DNA of 63,624 nt, taken from contig CAZVNB010000014.1 in assembly GCA_964628355.1 (NCBI GenBank), positions 1 to 63,624 on the forward strand, written 5' to 3'. Position 1 is the first letter of the stretch. Each line of letters starts with the position of its first letter. The notes under the pieces were generated by a model. That model worked only from the letters and a program-made list of their open reading frames with translations, did not search any database and was not told the DNA's origin. Position numbers and translations under genes: made by a program. The DNA comes from an uncultured Planctomycetia bacterium (GTDB lineage Bacteria > Omnitrophota > Gorgyraeia > 2-02-FULL-51-18). Positions 58,344 to 63,624 of the stretch are shown one piece after another.

Positions 58344-59083
58344 TGAGTATCTCCGCTGTCGTGATCACGTTAAATGAGGAAAAGAATCTGTTGCGCTGCC
58401 TCGAGGCGCTGCGTTTCGCCGACGAGATCGTGGTGGTGGACAGCGGCAGCACGGACAGAACGCTGGATCTGGCGCGTGGCGTGACAGGCAAGGTCTACTT
58501 CCGAAAGTTCGACAATTTTTCAGCACAAAAAAATTTTGCTGTTTCAAAAGCCACGAATGAATGGATACTGTCCATCGATGCCGACGAGTTTGTGGACTCT
58601 GCGCTGGCACGGGAGGCTCGCCGGGTGGTAAGCTCAAAGCCGATTGAGAATGCCTTTACTGTTCTACGCCGTACGAAGTTGTTCGGTAGAGAGTTCCGTT
58701 TCAGCGGTCTGCAGTGGGACAAACCCATACGTTTTTTTCGCAAGGAGTTCGCGCGTTTCGAGCAGCCGGTGCATGAAAAAGTGATGGTGGAAGGAAGGGT
58801 GGGGGAGCTGTGCGAAGCGTTGCGACATGTTTCATTCCAAACCATCGGTGCTTATTGGCAGAAACTGCAACTTTATACTTCGCTTGAAAACGGGCAAGAG
58901 AATTCTGCATTGGGGCCCGGGCATTTTCTGCTGCGTCCTTTTTATCGTTTTTTTTCGATGTATGTTTGGGGGCAAGGCTTTCGTGACGGCACGCAGGGAT
59001 TTATTTACTGCGTGCTGTCATCCTATTACGAATTTGTGCGTTGGGCAAAGCATTGGGAAAAAAGAAGGGCCGACGTTGAATAA
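58343..59083 (+). CDS. GT2, LPS-core beta-1,4-glucosyltransferase (WaaE/LgtF)-like
   Basis: ITLNEE, VDSGSTDRT, IDADE, VHE, GFRDGTQG. Confidence 0.88.
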   Translation: MSISAVVITLNEEKNLLRCLEALRFADEIVVVDSGSTDRTLDLARGVTGKVYFRKFDNFSAQKNFAVSKATNEWILSIDADEFVDSALAREARRVVSSKPIENAFTVLRRTKLFGREFRFSGLQWDKPIRFFRKEFARFEQPVHEKVMVEGRVGELCEALRHVSFQTIGAYWQKLQLYTSLENGQENSALGPGHFLLRPFYRFFSMYVWGQGFRDGTQGFIYCVLSSYYEFVRWAKHWEKRRADVE

Positions 59084-59675
59084 TATTCGTAAAAGTTGGG
59101 GTGATTTTTATGCCGGAGCCGGTGACGTGGGTTATTTTCTAGAGCATCTGGCCATTCACAAGGATTTTTTGAAAGAAATTCTTCGAGGCGCCCCACGAAC
59201 GACTTTGGAAGCCGGTTGCGGATCTGCCGTTATGTCTATTTTTTTGGCGATGACCGGCGTTCAGACCACTGCCTGCGATCGGGATAAGGAAGTGCTTCAA
59301 AAGGCCAGTCAAACAGCAAGACAGTGGAACGGTCCCGTGAAGTTCGTAAAAGAAGACATTTTAAAAATGAGTTTTGCCGATAATTCCTTCGAGGTCGTGT
59401 TTTCACAAGGAGTGCTGGAGCACATGAACGACGAACAAATACGTCGCGCTTCGCGCGAGTCATTGCGAGTGGCCAAAAGATTCATTTTCAGCGTGCCGGG
59501 CGAGAACTACCGGCATCAGGATTTCGGAGATGAACGCCTGCTCTCCGAAGCTCAGTGGAAAAAAATGCTGAATGGCGTCGGAAATTTAGAACTTATTCCT
59601 TATTATAGGATCCGCACGAAGCGTAATTTTCTCATCAAGCGCCCGCTGATGTTGATGGGGGTTCTTTCGCATTGA
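59076..59675 (+). CDS. Class I SAM-dependent methyltransferase
   Basis: LEAGCGS, FSQGVLEH, FSVP; start TTG 59076 overlaps the upstream stop. Confidence 0.85.
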   Translation: MNNIRKSWGDFYAGAGDVGYFLEHLAIHKDFLKEILRGAPRTTLEAGCGSAVMSIFLAMTGVQTTACDRDKEVLQKASQTARQWNGPVKFVKEDILKMSFADNSFEVVFSQGVLEHMNDEQIRRASRESLRVAKRFIFSVPGENYRHQDFGDERLLSEAQWKKMLNGVGNLELIPYYRIRTKRNFLIKRPLMLMGVLSH

Positions 59676-60751
59676 AGATTGCGGTTGATTATCAGTCCGT
59701 TTTTGGCACAAAAACCGGCATCGGAACTGCCGCTGAGCAAATGTGCGCTGCCCTCCGGCAAGTTTCGCCGGAAACCGAATTTATTCTCTACGGCCGTGAA
59801 AGAGACAGGGATTTAAACGCTATCCAGCGCATGAGGTGGGAGAGTATTACGATTCCATTGCGTGCTTTAAAGGACAAGCCAGACCTCATTTACAGCCCGG
59901 GGTTCGCGCCGGCATTTGTCTCCAGCTTTCCTCAAGTCGTGACAGTCCATGATCTGATCGGGCTTGCGCTGCCTTCCAACCAAAGAGCCGTTTCCAAATT
60001 TTACTGGATGGTCTGGCTTCCTGCCGCGGTTCGGCGCGCAAAACGCATTGTGGCCAGTTCTCAAAGTACGCGCAGAGACATCGAACGTTTTTTAGGTATC
60101 CCGGCTGAGCGCGTGTCGGTGGTCCCGCTGGGTGCGGATGCCAGATTCAAAAGAATAGACGATGCCCGCCGGATTGCACCGGTTTTGAACCGGTACGGCA
60201 TCGGCACGCCTTACTTTATTTCCGTCAGTTCTCTCGAGCCCCGGAAGAACCATCTGCGTCTCCTCGAGGCTTACGAAAAGCTCCGCAGGAACGCAGTGGC
60301 ATCTTTTTCCTTAGTTATTGTCGGAAAACCCGCCGGAGCCGAAAAAAAACTTTATGACTTCGTCGAGTGGAAGGGTCTGGGAGCCCACGTGAAATTTCTT
60401 GGCTATGTAACTCACGAGGACTTGATTTGTCTCTATAACGGGGCTTTGGGATATGTTATGATTTCGCTTTATGAAGGTTTTGGTTTACCGGCGTTGGAGG
60501 CGATGCGGTGTGGTCTGGGTGGTGTTGTCTCGAACCGCTCCTCGTTGCCCGAAGTGACAGGGGACACAGCCCTCTTGGTCAATCCCGATCTACCGGAAGA
60601 AATAGCTGGAGCCCTTTCGCGCTTTGCCGGCGACCAAAAATTAAGGCAATCGCTAGCGGCGGCGGCGTTCAAGCGTTCCCAAGAATTTTCGTATGAAAAA
60701 GCCGCCCAAACCATGATGACGATTTTTAAAGATGAATGCAAAAAAAAATAA
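59672..60751 (+). CDS. GT4 family glycosyltransferase
   Basis: VTVHDL, EPRKN, EGFGLPALEAM, SLPEV. Confidence 0.92.
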   Translation: MKIAVDYQSVFGTKTGIGTAAEQMCAALRQVSPETEFILYGRERDRDLNAIQRMRWESITIPLRALKDKPDLIYSPGFAPAFVSSFPQVVTVHDLIGLALPSNQRAVSKFYWMVWLPAAVRRAKRIVASSQSTRRDIERFLGIPAERVSVVPLGADARFKRIDDARRIAPVLNRYGIGTPYFISVSSLEPRKNHLRLLEAYEKLRRNAVASFSLVIVGKPAGAEKKLYDFVEWKGLGAHVKFLGYVTHEDLICLYNGALGYVMISLYEGFGLPALEAMRCGLGGVVSNRSSLPEVTGDTALLVNPDLPEEIAGALSRFAGDQKLRQSLAAAAFKRSQEFSYEKAAQTMMTIFKDECKKK

Positions 60752-61853
60752 AGGCTCGCTCGGCGTCATTTTTGGCACGCGTCCCGAGATTATCAAACTT
60801 AGCGCGCTGATCCGTCTACTGCAGAACCGGCAGCGGCCTTATTTTTTATTGCACACCGGGCAACACTATTCTTACGACATGGACAGCCTGTTTTTTAAAG
60901 AACTGGGATTATGGGAGCCGAAATACCGATTATCATCTATTCATCAGAATCCGTTTGCGAGACACGGCCATCAGGTGGGTCGCATGTTGCCGGAGATCGA
61001 GAGCATTTTATTGAAAGAACGTCCGCACACAGTGCTCGTACAGGGCGACACCAACACGGTGCTGGCTGGCGCTTTAGCGGCTTCCAAGATCGGTGGTATG
61101 AAATTGGCACATGTGGAGGCGGGTTTACGAAGCTATGACAGGCAGATGCCGGAGGAGACCAACCGCATTGTCACGGACCATGTATCGGATTATTTGTTTG
61201 CGCCGACACCGGGTGCGAGAAAAATATTGAAGTCTGAAGGAGTGTCCGGCAAGAAAATATTCATGATTGGCAACACCATCGTTGATGCGGTATTGCAAAA
61301 TTTGGCGCTTGCCAAGAAGCGATCGAATGCATTGCCATACGGTCTCTCCTCCAATAAAGATTTTTTTCTGCTAACCTTGCACCGGCAGGAAAATGTGGAC
61401 GATAAAAATAGGCTGGCCTCCATTTTACGGGGGCTGGAAAAAGTTTCCTCGCACTTCAAAATTCCAATTATTTTTCCCGCGCACCCGCGCACCGTAAAAA
61501 TGCTAAAGTTCTTTAAGTTTGTTCTACCCCGGGGTGTCCAAGCACATCCTCCGGCAGGATTTTTAGATTTTCTACGTCTGGAGGGCGCCGCACGCTTGAT
61601 TCTGTCGGACTCCGGTGGCGTACAGGAAGAGGCTTGTATCTTGCGCGTGCCTTGTGTCACATTACGCACTTCCACGGAACGCCCCGAGACTGTCAACGTC
61701 GGCGCGAATATCGTCACAGGCTATGACCCAAGCTCGATTTTACGTGGCGTGATCGCTATGAGCCGAAAAAAACGCGTATGGGAAAATCCCTTGGGTGACG
61801 GCAAAGCGTCCGAACGGATCTTGCGGACCATCGAAAGAGATCATTCTTCATGA
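60732..61853 (+). CDS. wecB: Non-hydrolysing UDP-GlcNAc 2-epimerase (WecB/FnlC-like)
   Basis: GTRPEIIK, HTGQHY, QGDTNT, HVEAGLRS, PEETNR, HRQENVD, DSGGVQEEA, ERPE. Confidence 0.85.
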   Translation: MNAKKNKGSLGVIFGTRPEIIKLSALIRLLQNRQRPYFLLHTGQHYSYDMDSLFFKELGLWEPKYRLSSIHQNPFARHGHQVGRMLPEIESILLKERPHTVLVQGDTNTVLAGALAASKIGGMKLAHVEAGLRSYDRQMPEETNRIVTDHVSDYLFAPTPGARKILKSEGVSGKKIFMIGNTIVDAVLQNLALAKKRSNALPYGLSSNKDFFLLTLHRQENVDDKNRLASILRGLEKVSSHFKIPIIFPAHPRTVKMLKFFKFVLPRGVQAHPPAGFLDFLRLEGAARLILSDSGGVQEEACILRVPCVTLRTSTERPETVNVGANIVTGYDPSSILRGVIAMSRKKRVWENPLGDGKASERILRTIERDHSS

Positions 61854-62533
61854 AACTGACCGTGATCGTCCCGGTTTATAATGAAAATAAAACCGTCCGC
61901 CACCTTCTTGAAGTCATCCAAAGTGTTCCGGTTTCAAAAGAAATCATTATTGTGGATGATGGATCGACGGACGGGACGCGTGAAATGCTGAAAGAATCGC
62001 CCCAGACCCCGGAGATTCGGATGATTTACCACGATAAGAATCGGGGGAAAGGCAGTGCGGTACGAACGGGAATACGTGCGGCGCTGGGGGATGTGATTAT
62101 CATTCAAGACGCGGATCTTGAATATGATCCAATGGATTATTTGCTGCTATTGGACGCCATGCAAACAAATAACGCCCATGTGGTGTACGGTTCGCGTTTT
62201 TTGAAAAAAAAACCAGCGAGCTCTTTTTGGCACCGCTGGGTCAATTATTTTCTCACGGGGCTCACAAATATTTTGTTTGGCTCACGCTTGACCGATATGG
62301 AAACATGCTACAAGCTTTTCAGGACCTCCTGCTTAAGAGCTATCTCGCTTGGATCGGACGGATTTGAAATCGAGGTGGAAATCACCGCAAAGATGTTGAA
62401 AGGTGGTGAAAAGATCATCGAGGTGCCTATTTCTTACAAAGGCCGCTCGTTTCACGAGGGAAAAAAGATAGGATGGAAAGACGGTGTGAAAGCCGTCTGG
62501 GCGCTGTTTCGTTATCGTTTTTTTAGCGAATGA
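61850..62533 (+). CDS. GT2 glycosyltransferase, DPM-synthase-like
   Basis: VPVYNE, DDGSTD, NRGKG, QDADLEYDP, TDMETCYK. Confidence 0.92.
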   Translation: MKLTVIVPVYNENKTVRHLLEVIQSVPVSKEIIIVDDGSTDGTREMLKESPQTPEIRMIYHDKNRGKGSAVRTGIRAALGDVIIIQDADLEYDPMDYLLLLDAMQTNNAHVVYGSRFLKKKPASSFWHRWVNYFLTGLTNILFGSRLTDMETCYKLFRTSCLRAISLGSDGFEIEVEITAKMLKGGEKIIEVPISYKGRSFHEGKKIGWKDGVKAVWALFRYRFFSE

Positions 62534-63624
62534 AATACGTTTTCAAAAGGAAAACGCTGCGTGTTTTAGCTGCTATGCTGGATGCCGTCGGCTGGTTTTT
62601 ATTTGTGGCGGGACGGTGTCGAGAATCCCCCGTTAAAAATTTTAGAAATATCCTTATTCTCCGCCTGGACCATCTGGGCGACATCCTGCCGGCCACGGCT
62701 ATCCCGCAGCTTTTAAAAGAACATTTCGGGGGCTGCGGCGTCACTTTTTTGACTTCGTCGGCGGGTGCGGCTTTGTTGAAAAATAACCCTTTTGTCGACG
62801 AGGTACTGGTGTATGACGCGCCCTGGTTTGCAAGGCGTCGACCTGTGAAAAAAGAAAGCGCGGGCTTCTGGCAGACGGTAAGGCAAATTCAAAAAAGAAA
62901 ATTTGACTTGGCTTTGTGCTTGCGCGGAGATATAAGAGAAAATTTTCTGGTTTTTGCAGGCGGTGTGTCCCATCGCGTCGGTTACGGCGTTACGGGCGGC
63001 GGTTTTTTTCTTACCCGGCAACTTGTGTATCGCGAAGGGACACATGAAAATCAACATACCCTAGACATCCTTCGCGTACTGGGCATTTGGCTAGAAGTTT
63101 TGCGGGGGGTCATTTATTTTACGTTCGAGGAAGAGCAGTTTCTACGTACTCACTGGCAAGTAAACAGCTTGCAAAAAAACTGGGCGACTGTGCAGCTTAA
63201 AGCAGGAACAGAGGCCAAGCAGTGGCCGCGTTCTCAAGCCGAAGAATTTATGGCATTGTGCGCAGAAAAATTACCACAGCAGTCACTGCTGTTCATTGGA
63301 GACTCGATGGAAGGTTTGGAGTGGCTGTCGGATTTTTTTAAGAAGAACCCGTCGCTTGCCTGGAAAAATCTGATCGGGCAAACTTCTTTGCGCGACCTTT
63401 TTTGGTTGATACGCCAAAGCCGCTTTTTCCTCGGGCCGGATTCGGGGCCGGCGCACATCGCTGCTTGTTTTGGTGTTCAGACCCTGTTTCTTTACAGTGG
63501 CACCAACGAATTTGAACAGTGGAAATCTTTGGAAGAAAATGCGGATTTTTTGAGAAATCCCGTTCCGTGTTCACCCTGCCATAAACTGGACTGCCCCGTC
63601 CCAGGCCATCCGTGCATGTCCGGC
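62530..63624 (+). CDS. GT9 heptosyltransferase family (WaaF/WaaQ-like), 3'-truncated by the window edge
   Basis: My translation is open to the end: LRLDHLGD, FDLALCLRGD, DSGPAHIA, C-terminal CSPC...C...HPCM. Absent from the ORF track because no stop codon is reached. Confidence 0.88.
   Translation, partial: MKYVFKRKTLRVLAAMLDAVGWFLFVAGRCRESPVKNFRNILILRLDHLGDILPATAIPQLLKEHFGGCGVTFLTSSAGAALLKNNPFVDEVLVYDAPWFARRRPVKKESAGFWQTVRQIQKRKFDLALCLRGDIRENFLVFAGGVSHRVGYGVTGGGFFLTRQLVYREGTHENQHTLDILRVLGIWLEVLRGVIYFTFEEEQFLRTHWQVNSLQKNWATVQLKAGTEAKQWPRSQAEEFMALCAEKLPQQSLLFIGDSMEGLEWLSDFFKKNPSLAWKNLIGQTSLRDLFWLIRQSRFFLGPDSGPAHIAACFGVQTLFLYSGTNEFEQWKSLEENADFLRNPVPCSPCHKLDCPVPGHPCMSG

Overview
A chromosomal window with no rRNA, tRNA, CRISPR array, integrase or transposase. 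It probably comes from a diderm PVC-superphylum bacterium; an Omnitrophota-like origin is my inference from gene content and motifs. Left to right: (1) an AsmA-like gene divergent from a complete coaD-yceD-rpmF-plsX-fabHDG-acpP-fabF-fabI cluster with a 122-bp MITE inside it; (2) a 985-aa SMC that appears to lack the hinge domain, convergent with a GAF-GGDEF cyclase; (3) a futalosine-type menaquinone cluster (menG, mqnL, mqnP, ubiX, mqnE, mqnA, mqnC) interrupted by a YefM/RelE toxin-antitoxin pair and a palindromic repeat; (4) more than 41 kb of surface-glycan genes running off the right edge. Part 4 includes WbpB/D/E/I-like enzymes, seven GT-C-type membrane proteins, four short polyprenol-phosphate-type GT2s, and a nonulosonic-acid (Pse-like) operon headed by an excisionase/BldC-like HTH gene with 10-bp tandem repeats over its promoter. 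The best candidates for something new are a WbuX-family amidotransferase paired with a GatA-like amidase instead of HisH/HisF, the hinge-less SMC, and the HTH/direct-repeat control of a tightly coupled glycan operon of at least 27 kb. All family assignments come from motif recognition by eye; no database search was run.
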